A stretch of DNA of 59,888 nucleotides, filler included, from an uncultured bacterium (GTDB taxonomy: Bacteria; Hinthialibacterota; Hinthialibacteria; Hinthialibacterales; Hinthialibacteraceae), in NCBI GenBank assembly GCA_964449065.1. It is 3 parts of 3 records of this genome, joined end to end, with 100 filler letters (N's around TTAATTAATTAA, not from the genome) between each part and the next. Parts side by side here need not be neighbours in the genome. Positions count along the whole stretch, not along the records: positions 40,297 to 59,888 come from CAYVAZ010000056.1; 2 more parts are not named here. One strand, given 5' to 3'. The notes beneath the pieces were generated by a model, which saw only the letters and a program-made list of their open reading frames with translations, had not been told where the DNA came from and searched no databases. A program made the position numbers and the translations under genes. Positions 51,835-59,888 of the stretch are shown one piece after another; position 1 is the stretch's first letter, and each line of letters starts with the position of its first letter.

Positions 51835-52025
51835 AACATGGGAAGTTGAAGTTGTTACGAAACCCACCAAGATCATCTACGCTAACTCTATTATAACGGA
51901 CATTCTTACCGCAACTTGATATTACTTCTCTCACTGGTTATGCTGAGTAACCAATTTCCGATTGGCTCCGCGAAGTAGTGGAGATTGAAGCATAACCCAA
52001 CGGCGCAAATCCCCCGGAGCCTGCG

Positions 52026-52196
52026 CCCCCCCCCTTATGCAAGGGGCAATGCCACTGAATTAAGCATTCAAATTTGAAAACGCAATATCTTCTCCCATTC
52101 ATCAAAAAAATGTAAACTATGTCGCCGGTCTAAAATGTAAACGATGTACCAGCTTCTTCAAGAGGGGGTTGTGAAGAACGCAATCACTTATTTTAT
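52026..52196 (-). repeat. repeat family 3 copy interrupted by an IS481-like end (52097-52160)
   Basis: Flanks match 31826-31956; the centre is replaced by a segment containing TGTAAACTATGTCGCCGGTCTAAAATGTAAACGATGTACC. Confidence 0.6.
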
Positions 52197-52240
52197 TCCA
52201 AAAACCGCATGGATTATTATTAAGTCAATGACGTTGATGA

Positions 52241-52357
52241 CGGGGTCTCCTGCAAATTTTGTTATGCCCTTCTACTATAAAGAACACCGCAGACCCATTT
52301 TTGGGACAAACTTTTTTTATTTTTTTTTCAATAATTTGATGGCGCGTTGGACGCGCT
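52241..52357 (-). promoter_or_regulatory. ~115-bp repeated leader/promoter, copy A (no gene follows)
   Basis: Near-identical to 54234-54352 and 59776-59888; ATC at the position where copy B has its ATG. Confidence 0.8.
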
Positions 52358-52556
52358 GCCGCTGCAACCGATAACAGTATACGCGAAATCACTGGTGGAA
52401 GGAAATATTTACTTTCCAGTGAACCCGTGGCATTTGAACCGGGTAGAGGTGCTGATTAGCCGCTTTAATAAGATCCCGAAGAACGACCACCGCCGCCACA
52501 GGGGATTGTGTATAAGTATTTGTTTGATGTGGTGGAGTAAGTCATTATTGCTTAAA

Positions 52557-53057
52557 TTATTTATGTACGAATAGTTGGTTTATATATTTTAAGTAAAGTA
52601 AATAAATATTGATTTTATAAAATACTTTCATATTGATAATTATTAATACTAAAAATGAAAGTAATAACTTGATATATGGTTCAAAAGATATTCTGAATAC
52701 TACAGATTCATTTGGATTGTTAATATTGTAAAATATAGTTAACCGTTTGTTTTCTTTAAGTTTATTTACTAATTGATTTGCTTCACTATAAAACAAATAA
52801 TATTTATTATAATTGAATAATATATTGTTATGATATTTGGTATTGTCTATAAAATAAGTATATTGTATTGTAATACAATAACAACTAGTTCCAGGATATG
52901 AAGATATTTTAATATATTCTAATTTACCGGATGTCTCTTGAAAAAACAGAAAGGAGCGTAGCTCAAAAATAACTAACGCTCCATAGTATATTGGGAAAAG
53001 AATTAAGAACCCGTTTATTATAATTATACAGATGATTCGTTTTAATTTTTTATGCAT
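52557..53057 (-). CDS. DUF3592-like membrane protein, extremely AT-rich
   Basis: TM-soluble-TM layout; I.Y.Y...Y and YN.NNPNESV motifs. Confidence 0.65.
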   Translation of the reverse strand: MHKKLKRIICIIIINGFLILFPIYYGALVIFELRSFLFFQETSGKLEYIKISSYPGTSCYCITIQYTYFIDNTKYHNNILFNYNKYYLFYSEANQLVNKLKENKRLTIFYNINNPNESVVFRISFEPYIKLLLSFLVLIIINMKVFYKINIYLLYLKYINQLFVHK

Positions 53058-53338
53058 TTTTGATAAATCGAGTCTTTTATAGAAGGGATATTTAAGAGTT
53101 TATCAATCCTTTGTACTTGATTATAATTTGCAATTAATGTGTTTGAGTTTTGTCTTGTTAATATGGTATATGTAAATGCATTTGGGGCAACGGTGTCATC
53201 TGTTGTTTTATAAAATACAAATGCGCAATTGTCATTGCTTACAATGTATTTTACATAAGGAATATCAAAATATTTAAAACGTATTTTAAATACATTATTG
53301 TTTAGAAAAAATATTTTAGAATTCTCAATATTTTTCAT
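53042..53338 (-). CDS. hypothetical protein, AT-rich
   Basis: 98-codon ORF in stop-rich DNA, overlapping the next gene's start. Confidence 0.5.
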   Translation of the reverse strand: MKNIENSKIFFLNNNVFKIRFKYFDIPYVKYIVSNDNCAFVFYKTTDDTVAPNAFTYTILTRQNSNTLIANYNQVQRIDKLLNIPSIKDSIYQKCIKN

Positions 53339-53424
53339 GAAATTGGTTCGGTTCTTGTTTGTGAATATATTTAAGTTTCTTGATTGAATATTGTCAATGT
53401 TTATCGTATCATTTTTTTAATCGT

Positions 53425-54231
53425 TTACCTTGTTTTATGCTGTACCCCAAAAAGTGGACAGTGGATTAAGGGGGTAAATGTCCAACGTGAGTCATTATTC
53501 AGTTTGGATGCAATCGCAGCGGTTTCTAACGCGGTGGTGAAATCCTCTTGCCCATACTGCATCATGGCAACGCCGAAGACTTCGCCCGCTCTGCCGGAGG
53601 TGAGCCCTGATTGAGTGAGTTCATCCACAAAGGTGGATTCAGGCAGTTCATCTTGGATGATGCGTGTGAGTTTGGGAATGACCTCAAAATAAGCGAACAG
53701 TTTCAGCTGCTGGCGGCTGTGGTTGGGGTAAAGGCTGGCGAATTCCATAAACTTGCGCAGGGCGGTTTCGTAGTTTCCTTTTGCCCATTCGTCATCAGCG
53801 ATTTGATAACTCATATCGGCTTTTTGATCGAGTTCTTCCGCCGTGCGGGTGGGCTGCAAGGCGTAGGCTTGGTCGAGCAGTTCGCGCGCTTCATCAAATT
53901 TGAAGGTGTTTTTGTTGAGTTGATAGGCGCTTTTTAACGCCCGGGCGCGGATGAACGCGTCTTTGCTTTGATCGTTGCCGACTTGCTTGAGGAAATTGGT
54001 GATGGCTTCCGGGTCGTCATTGCGTTTGCGGTAGATGATGGCTTCCAGCGCGGTGATTTTTTCTTTCAGGGAGCGGCTGCCGTTGACGATTCCGCGAACG
54101 GAGTTGATGCGTTCCTGCAAAACGGGTATGCCGCGGACTTGTTCGATCAGTTGCTCTTTTTCCTCTTGGGTCATGGCATGAGATGAGAGAGAAATCAGCA
54201 AAGCCAAAAGGATTCCATACAATCGTTTCAT
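53425..54231 (-). CDS. secreted helical-repeat/TPR protein, probably 3'-truncated
   Basis: Signal peptide MKRLYGILLALLISLSSHA; TPR-like YQIA..W..GNY..A...F..F...YP; last ~20 codons come from IS-end-like DNA. Confidence 0.75.
   Translation of the reverse strand: MKRLYGILLALLISLSSHAMTQEEKEQLIEQVRGIPVLQERINSVRGIVNGSRSLKEKITALEAIIYRKRNDDPEAITNFLKQVGNDQSKDAFIRARALKSAYQLNKNTFKFDEARELLDQAYALQPTRTAEELDQKADMSYQIADDEWAKGNYETALRKFMEFASLYPNHSRQQLKLFAYFEVIPKLTRIIQDELPESTFVDELTQSGLTSGRAGEVFGVAMMQYGQEDFTTALETAAIASKLNNDSRWTFTPLIHCPLFGVQHKTR
53438..53486 (+). mobile_element. IS3-family terminal repeat remnant
   Basis: TGCTGTACCCCAAAAAGTGGACA...TGTCCAAC resembles IS3/IS150 inverted repeats (CTGxACCCCAAAAGTTGGACA). 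Confidence 0.55.
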
Positions 54232-54233
54232 GG

Positions 54234-54352
54234 CGGGGTCTCCTGCAAATTTTGTTATGCCCTTCTACTATAAAGAACACCGCTGGCTCGATTTTGGGAC
54301 AAACTTTTTTCATTTTTTTTCAATAATTTGATGGCGCGTTGGACGCGCTTGC
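54234..54352 (-). promoter_or_regulatory. ~115-bp repeated leader/promoter, copy B
   Basis: Minus strand: GCGCGT-CCA-ACGCGC hairpin, A tracts, TGTCCC-N16-TGTTCT, GCAGGAG RBS, then ATG 54231. Confidence 0.85.
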
Positions 54353-54431
54353 GAGCGGTATTTTCGGTAGGTTTCAATTATTTCGTAGAGGATGGGAAAA
54401 GTGTTATATAGTCAATCAATAGATTATGAAT

Positions 54432-54462
54432 GATGGACACAAAACTGCTGTGCCCATCCTAC
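54432..54462 (-). repeat. GTAG-type REP palindrome
   Basis: Reverse complement GTAGGATGGGCACAGCAGTTTTGTGTCCATC. Confidence 0.55.
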
Positions 54463-54695
54463 GAGACTACAGGATTTTATATTGCTTGTCATCATCATTG
54501 ATTTAAAAGTAGGGAAGGGATTCAGCGAAGTCAATACTCATTTCCCCCGTCTTTTCCCTACGTAGGAGGAAATTATTTTTATTTTTTTAACACACCATTT
54601 CGAAAGGGTTGATTGGGATTTCTCTGTTTCAGATAGATTGAGGTATGATTATCTTCAATGGTGAAGGATGTCAAATACGCAAGTATTTGATGAAT

Positions 54696-55664
54696 TCAAT
54701 AAACCGGCCACTCCAACACGCCGGTTTCAAAACTTACGGTGGAACTTGCATCTCGAAAGAACGGTACACCATCTTTACCCGCAAAAACACCCCTTTGCGG
54801 ATTGGCTTTTCCTCTATTTCCGGGAACTAAGTCTACATTAATCAACCTAACATTTGAATTAATAATATCCATCCCATTTCCTCCATCTGAAGATTGAACA
54901 ATACGAAAACCCTCTAAGTCTTTTATTCCTCCAGTGATACCAGTTTGTCCATGAGAACTTCCATTACGAATTGTGATATTATTGGAATCCAAAACTTTGA
55001 TCCCGGGTCCACTTGGATTTCTTTCTTCAGCATTCGGTATTACTGCACCACCACCCCCTGTTGTCGAACTCTGGCTTAAATCCAGTTCAAATGAATTGCA
55101 ATTCACAATCAAAATACCGGCTAAGCCACTTTCGAAATTGTAATAGTTCCAATAGGAATTACTAACGTCACTTTCCACATTCAGTATTTCATGACCGCCG
55201 GTCGTAATTATACAGCCAGTGATGTTTACCGTCTCATTATTGATATTTTCCAAAACAATCGGCCGTCCTCCTTCCAGTGTAGCGCATATAATGTCTGTAT
55301 TGATAATGGAAATATTGGGATCGTTTTGATCTCGTATATGCAGCGCCGGGATGGGGTGCGTGCGGCGTACATTTAAATCTCTGTAAAAACTATATCCAAA
55401 AATGGTTGAATCAGTAATTTCCAAATCGCCAAACACCTTTATTAAACCGGTAAACTCAACATTTTCTTTCATTTCAAATGATGGTTGCATCAAACTCGTT
55501 GCAGAATATCTTATATCTCTATTTAATTTGGCTTCAACAACATCAATATCAATTGTAATCATATCGGGGTCATGTTCATCGACTGTTTCATGGAACATGA
55601 TTGTAAGAACAATTATTGTTATTAATAAGGTATTTAAAACCAATAATACAATATGAATTATCAC
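54696..55664 (-). CDS. exported putative right-handed beta-helix protein with C-terminal VxxWxxY motif
   Basis: N-terminal hydrophobic segment; Ile/Asn/Gly-rich repeats (GI.I.N.N, I..G..G); ends ETGVLEWPVY; GTGA overlap with the upstream gene. Confidence 0.65.
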   Translation of the reverse strand: MIIHIVLLVLNTLLITIIVLTIMFHETVDEHDPDMITIDIDVVEAKLNRDIRYSATSLMQPSFEMKENVEFTGLIKVFGDLEITDSTIFGYSFYRDLNVRRTHPIPALHIRDQNDPNISIINTDIICATLEGGRPIVLENINNETVNITGCIITTGGHEILNVESDVSNSYWNYYNFESGLAGILIVNCNSFELDLSQSSTTGGGGAVIPNAEERNPSGPGIKVLDSNNITIRNGSSHGQTGITGGIKDLEGFRIVQSSDGGNGMDIINSNVRLINVDLVPGNRGKANPQRGVFAGKDGVPFFRDASSTVSFETGVLEWPVY

Positions 55665-56941
55665 GATACTCTCCGTAATAAATACGCAACTGCCAAAATG
55701 CCAACAATAATACCTGCTATGATTAATACTAACAAAACTGTAGATTCATCCTGAACAGATTCTCCACTGTCGGTGGGTTGTACAGTTGGCGTTATAGTTG
55801 GTTTGATAGTCGATTCGTGTGTTGGTTTTGTGGTGGGTACTGTCGAAGTCGTTTTGATTTTGTCAATTAAATCAGATTGAGGAGAAAATTTTGCATTCAG
55901 GGTATCTATACCGGCGTGACGGTCTAAATAATCGTTAATCGGCTCTATCGCGCGGTTATAATTTTCATATCTTATCCGTTCTATTTCATCCGAGTCCAAT
56001 TGTCTCATTTCAGAATTGCTGGAATTTAATTGCTTAACCTTTTCTTGAAACTTTTTCTGATGAAGTTCATTAGATTCTTGAAGGCCTTTCTGAATGATTT
56101 GATTCAAACTCAAGTATTCTTCATCACTCAATCCAAGTTTTTCATCCACACCTTCGGGATAATGTGTCGCGATAAATTGTTGGACATTGTTGATAAATGG
56201 TTGTTTAATATTTTGTAGCAATTTCGACCATAGTAATCCATGTATCGATTTGTTTTTAAACTTATTAAACTTAATGAGTTGATTAAACCCAGAATCCGCA
56301 ATATCCAATTGCAGTAAAAAATTAATATCATTTTCTAATGTGGATTTAGTTTCATTGACACGTTCTAAAAATACCGTGTTCTCCAATGGCTTTTTAAAAA
56401 AGAAACTTGAGTCATCATTTTTCTGATAATAATAATGTTTCAACAATTCGTATCGAATTTTATTTTTATAGTTAGGGGCGTTTAATTCATTAATATATTC
56501 GCCCAATAAATCTAAAACACTATTCGTTAGTTCATTATATTGTGAATCTAAAATATCTTCTTGGATGATAGAAATAATCGGTAAATGAAAATATTTACGA
56601 AGAGAAAATAGGAGAGAAGAATTGGCCATTTGTATTTGTAATGGTGTATAAGATGCACCGAGCGGATACGAAAATAATTTGAAATGGATATCAGCATTTA
56701 TTTTATATTTTCTATATGTAGATAATTCATCGTAACGAAAACGAAAATCTTCGTTCAGTAACAATTTCAAATCATTTCTCAATGTATTTGCGTCAGACTC
56801 AGGTATCATATACAAATCAATACATTTTTCTAAGGTTTCCTCCGGGGAGGTAGGATTGTCAGGTTGGGAATAGATAGACGACACTCCGAAAAATACGAAT
56901 ACACAGTAAAATATTGATGATATAATGAAACCGTTATTCAT
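55661..56941 (-). CDS. secreted hypothetical protein with Pro/Thr linker and C-terminal membrane anchor
   Basis: Signal peptide; TTSTVPTTKPT..PTITPTVQPT; hydrophobic C-terminus followed by RR. Confidence 0.75.
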   Translation of the reverse strand: MNNGFIISSIFYCVFVFFGVSSIYSQPDNPTSPEETLEKCIDLYMIPESDANTLRNDLKLLLNEDFRFRYDELSTYRKYKINADIHFKLFSYPLGASYTPLQIQMANSSLLFSLRKYFHLPIISIIQEDILDSQYNELTNSVLDLLGEYINELNAPNYKNKIRYELLKHYYYQKNDDSSFFFKKPLENTVFLERVNETKSTLENDINFLLQLDIADSGFNQLIKFNKFKNKSIHGLLWSKLLQNIKQPFINNVQQFIATHYPEGVDEKLGLSDEEYLSLNQIIQKGLQESNELHQKKFQEKVKQLNSSNSEMRQLDSDEIERIRYENYNRAIEPINDYLDRHAGIDTLNAKFSPQSDLIDKIKTTSTVPTTKPTHESTIKPTITPTVQPTDSGESVQDESTVLLVLIIAGIIVGILAVAYLLRRVS

Positions 56942-57086
56942 TTTCCTATTCCTTAAATTCAGGCATTAAAAATATTAAACTCAGTAGAACTACTGAAAAT
57001 ATCTCTAAAAAGATTCATTACACGATTGAAAAATATGTAGTACATAACTACAGTTCTTGCAAAGCTCAGTACTTTCAACCACACTT

Positions 57087-57131
57087 AAAAAGGTTAGAAC
57101 TGGTAAACAGTACTGTTTACCAGTTCTAACC
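57087..57131 (-). terminator. perfect 40-bp palindrome, strong terminator
   Basis: GGTTAGAACTGGTAAACAGT|ACTGTTTACCAGTTCTAACC (57092-57131) followed by TTTTT on the minus strand, 10 nt after the stop of the 310-aa gene. Confidence 0.85.
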
Positions 57132-57141
57132 ATGTACCTTT

Positions 57142-58074
57142 CTAATTCTCTACTAAATTACTCAATACAGCATCCGCACCTGCTGTTGCATCAGCATCCG
57201 CAGATGTGTTGGCACTTCCTAGTAAACACGAAGTTCCATTCATGCTTATATTGGCGCTGCATGCATGTGACGTAAACAGAGTAATCGTACCACCGCTTGT
57301 TGAGCCATTAATTGTTGCGGTCTTGTCATAGTTGACTGTACCTGAATAGGTTCCATTGCCTTGTGAACCCGCTGAAACTGCTACCCCATCTTTTGTGATA
57401 GACACGCTTCCGGTTGTGTTGTGAGTTGCGGAACCATTTATCGATGCGGAAGTATCAAGCCCCCCTCCGGAAACCGTTCCATTTGAATTTCCAGATGCAC
57501 TGGCTGAAGAAGATGCGGTCATAGCTGAAAGACAAAAACCACCATTCGTGGCACTTCCGTCTACAGCAAGGGAGTTCCCGGTGAGTTTAAAAAGAACATC
57601 ATAAGTCGCTCCGGGGGCGGGTGAGCATGTCAGTCCTGGAGGAATACTTTCCCATTGCCATTTTTGTGTTTTTTCTCCACTTGCATTCCCATCAACACCT
57701 AAAGAAAAGGTGACACCGGATGTATTCGCAGTACCCGAGCAATTTACTGATGAACTAGTCCATGAGTGGCTTGTATCCCTACTTAAAGTACCAGAAGTTG
57801 TATCTGGATCAGCAGTAGAAGTGCCCGTGTCATTTTGTTTGACATAAGAGCAATTCGCATTATTGTTATTATCGGTGGATGTAGTCCAAAGCGGTAAATG
57901 AGCGATCTTTATAATGCTTCCCCATGCTTGATTGGTTGGATTTTTTGTGGTTTGTCCAACAACCCAGAACCCAATGATAACCGTCAGAGTAAGAAGGTAG
58001 TTCAAGACACGAATTTTGGCTTTTGCGTCCTTTTTTCTGAATTCACTTAGTAGTTTGGAAACATAACGATTCAT
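57142..58074 (-). CDS. exported Ser/Thr/Gly/Ala/Asn-rich beta-strand protein
   Basis: Basic N-region plus hydrophobic segment; low-charge mature part with six Cys; start abuts the upstream stop (TAAATG). Confidence 0.75.
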   Translation of the reverse strand: MNRYVSKLLSEFRKKDAKAKIRVLNYLLTLTVIIGFWVVGQTTKNPTNQAWGSIIKIAHLPLWTTSTDNNNNANCSYVKQNDTGTSTADPDTTSGTLSRDTSHSWTSSSVNCSGTANTSGVTFSLGVDGNASGEKTQKWQWESIPPGLTCSPAPGATYDVLFKLTGNSLAVDGSATNGGFCLSAMTASSSASASGNSNGTVSGGGLDTSASINGSATHNTTGSVSITKDGVAVSAGSQGNGTYSGTVNYDKTATINGSTSGGTITLFTSHACSANISMNGTSCLLGSANTSADADATAGADAVLSNLVEN

Positions 58075-59766
58075 TTATTGTCCCTCCCCTCTTGCAATAT
58101 CATCAGCTCTTTTTTTCGGCATGTTGTTTAGATATTGGTCGCACTTTGACACGATAGAAAAACACCATGGATCAGGATAGCGGTAACGGTCACCATACAA
58201 GTCCTTGATTTTTGTCAATAAAGCTTCGGCTTCATCAAATTCTCCGAGCTGGTCATGTGCAATCCCTTTCCATAACAACATGCAAACACCTGCACGAACA
58301 TTATATCGATTTTCTGGTGCTGGAATTACTTCATCCAACGATGGTAGAACTTCTGGTGCATAGTTCGTAATCAGTGCAATGGATTGGCGAAGAGATGCTG
58401 GTGTGTACTGATACTGATAAAACTCAATTTCGTGCAGACGAGCTTTTTGAATTAAGTCAATGTCTTTTTTGGAATTTTGATCTGGGTTATTTTCTACGCT
58501 TTGACGAATGTCAAGTAATTTATCTTTTTCAACTTTTGCTTGATCCCATGTAAAATCACTGCTTAATACGAGACCTTTGTCTTGTATTAATTGGGAAACC
58601 CATGATTGTGCTTCTAAAAGGATCAGTCGAATTGCATTTTCCTCTTCGTGACTCCTCCTACCCGATTCGAGTAAACGAGCCGCTGAATCTGCGATTGAAC
58701 GATACTCTTCAATCGCTTTTTTATATGGTTTTGGATCATTTTGAGCATGTATTGGAGGTAGGATTTCTCCAATCCATAACGCATCCCCAATATTGTATCG
58801 TACCATTACATATGATAATTTTGCTTGTAACTCTTGGACTGCGGATAAATTATCAGTTTGTATATCCGACCATAATTGATCGACTATGTTGGTCAACGAT
58901 TGTTCTTCAAGTTGAAATGGCTCATTCTTAATGTGTTTGGGTATTCTCATATCGAGTAAAGCTAATGAAGCTTTTTCCAAAGCACTCATCTTGTCGAAAT
59001 AATGCAAGTCAGAGCGCTCAGCAATCCCCAACGCATATTCCACCAACGGTTGATTTATTGATTGAATCATTTCCCCTAATTCATCATAACTTTCCGATTT
59101 TTTAATGTTAACTTTTAAACCATAATTCAATCCCAACGCACGAAGATGATTAGCGATCTCTCCCGCCTGCCCTGATTTGGTTTGCGAAACCAATTCATGG
59201 CTAACGAGATCCAAAGTACGTACAAAATCACTTTTAACTAAACGTACATTCAGACTCGTAATTTGACTCGCTGCCAGATTCCGAATCTGATTGATAGAGT
59301 GATACCATTCGATCATCAGTTTCAATCTTGAAAGAGGATCATTGAGATCCATGATTCCTTCTTGTGCCAGTTTCATGGAGACATCCAATGCCTCATCCGC
59401 CGAAAACGGCTGGATTTTGCTGTGTGAACTTAAAAAATCAGACCGAAATTCATCATCTGCAAGTGCCCGGTAAAACGGAACCAAATACAGATAGGCGCTT
59501 TTTTGGATTTCGTTATCCTCACTGGCATCTAGTCTGGCATGGGCGCGGTTCGCTTCATCGAAGAATATTTGCCAATTCTTTTCCCGCTGAAACTGCACAC
59601 CTTTGGCCCGTTCATCCTGTTCAAAGATGTTGTCATCCGACTGAATGACTTGCAGCAGCCCTTCCCCTCCAATTTGCTCCCGCAAATTTTGCGAGTAACC
59701 GAAATTCGTTATGATGCTCAGCAAGCAAACACACGATAAAACTGAAATAATCTTTCGTTTCCTCAT
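58075..59766 (-). CDS. secreted alpha-helical protein with C-terminal TPR-like motif
   Basis: Signal peptide MRKRKIISVLSCVCLLSIITNFGYSQ; WKGIAHDQLGEFDEAEALL; AGGAGG RBS 8 nt upstream. Confidence 0.75.
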   Translation of the reverse strand: MRKRKIISVLSCVCLLSIITNFGYSQNLREQIGGEGLLQVIQSDDNIFEQDERAKGVQFQREKNWQIFFDEANRAHARLDASEDNEIQKSAYLYLVPFYRALADDEFRSDFLSSHSKIQPFSADEALDVSMKLAQEGIMDLNDPLSRLKLMIEWYHSINQIRNLAASQITSLNVRLVKSDFVRTLDLVSHELVSQTKSGQAGEIANHLRALGLNYGLKVNIKKSESYDELGEMIQSINQPLVEYALGIAERSDLHYFDKMSALEKASLALLDMRIPKHIKNEPFQLEEQSLTNIVDQLWSDIQTDNLSAVQELQAKLSYVMVRYNIGDALWIGEILPPIHAQNDPKPYKKAIEEYRSIADSAARLLESGRRSHEEENAIRLILLEAQSWVSQLIQDKGLVLSSDFTWDQAKVEKDKLLDIRQSVENNPDQNSKKDIDLIQKARLHEIEFYQYQYTPASLRQSIALITNYAPEVLPSLDEVIPAPENRYNVRAGVCMLLWKGIAHDQLGEFDEAEALLTKIKDLYGDRYRYPDPWCFSIVSKCDQYLNNMPKKRADDIARGEGQ

Positions 59767-59775
59767 CAGCATTTC

Positions 59776-59888
59776 CTCCTGCAAATTTAATAAAGCCTTC
59801 TACTATAAAGAACACCGCAGACCCATTTTTGGGACAAACTATTTTCATTTTTTTTTCAATATTTTGATGGCGCGTTGGACGCGCTTGC
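59776..59888 (-). promoter_or_regulatory. ~115-bp repeated leader/promoter, copy C
   Basis: Same layout as copies A and B; runs to the last base of the window. Confidence 0.85.

Noticed and set aside
52241..59888. The three ~115-bp repeats as a CRISPR array or integron attC sites
   Set aside because: Too long and kilobases apart for CRISPR, with no cas genes. They lack RYYYAAC..GTTRRRY ends, sit upstream of genes with an RBS, and no integrase is present

Overview
This window is three bacterial contigs joined by artificial 100-nt linkers (N44-TTAATTAATTAA-N44 at 20096-20195 and 40197-40296), so gene order across the linkers is not biological. Gene content suggests a PVC-adjacent or candidate-phylum heterotroph, possibly Hinthialibacterota/Sumerlaeota-like (inference): Tat-exported sulfatases, a DUF1592 cytochrome, a PQQ propeller, ThuA, and five dispersed pilins sharing GFTLIELLIVVAIIGILAAIAVPNF. 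Contig 1 carries a fucose-isomerase-like gene, three pilins, a P-domain/FG-GAP surface protein, a sulfatase, uvrB, an IS200 remnant, an alginate-lyase-like gene, serA fused to an apparently dead HAD phosphatase, flgM with a sigma-28 promoter, and mglB. Contig 2 carries pilB-pilT-pilB, two more pilins, ald, trxA and carbohydrate-related genes. Contig 3 carries a decayed island at tRNA-Pro(GGG) (hsdS pseudogene, rhuM-like gene, IS21 ends), a FliK-like gene, two GT-C glycosyltransferases and a GAF kinase. It ends in a low-GC region (52.2-59.9 kb) built from modules of secreted or membrane proteins, each headed by the same ~115-bp promoter/leader repeat (3 copies). That module array and the scaffold-plus-hypervariable pilin family are the best candidates for an undescribed system. 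All calls come from motif reading; no database search was run.
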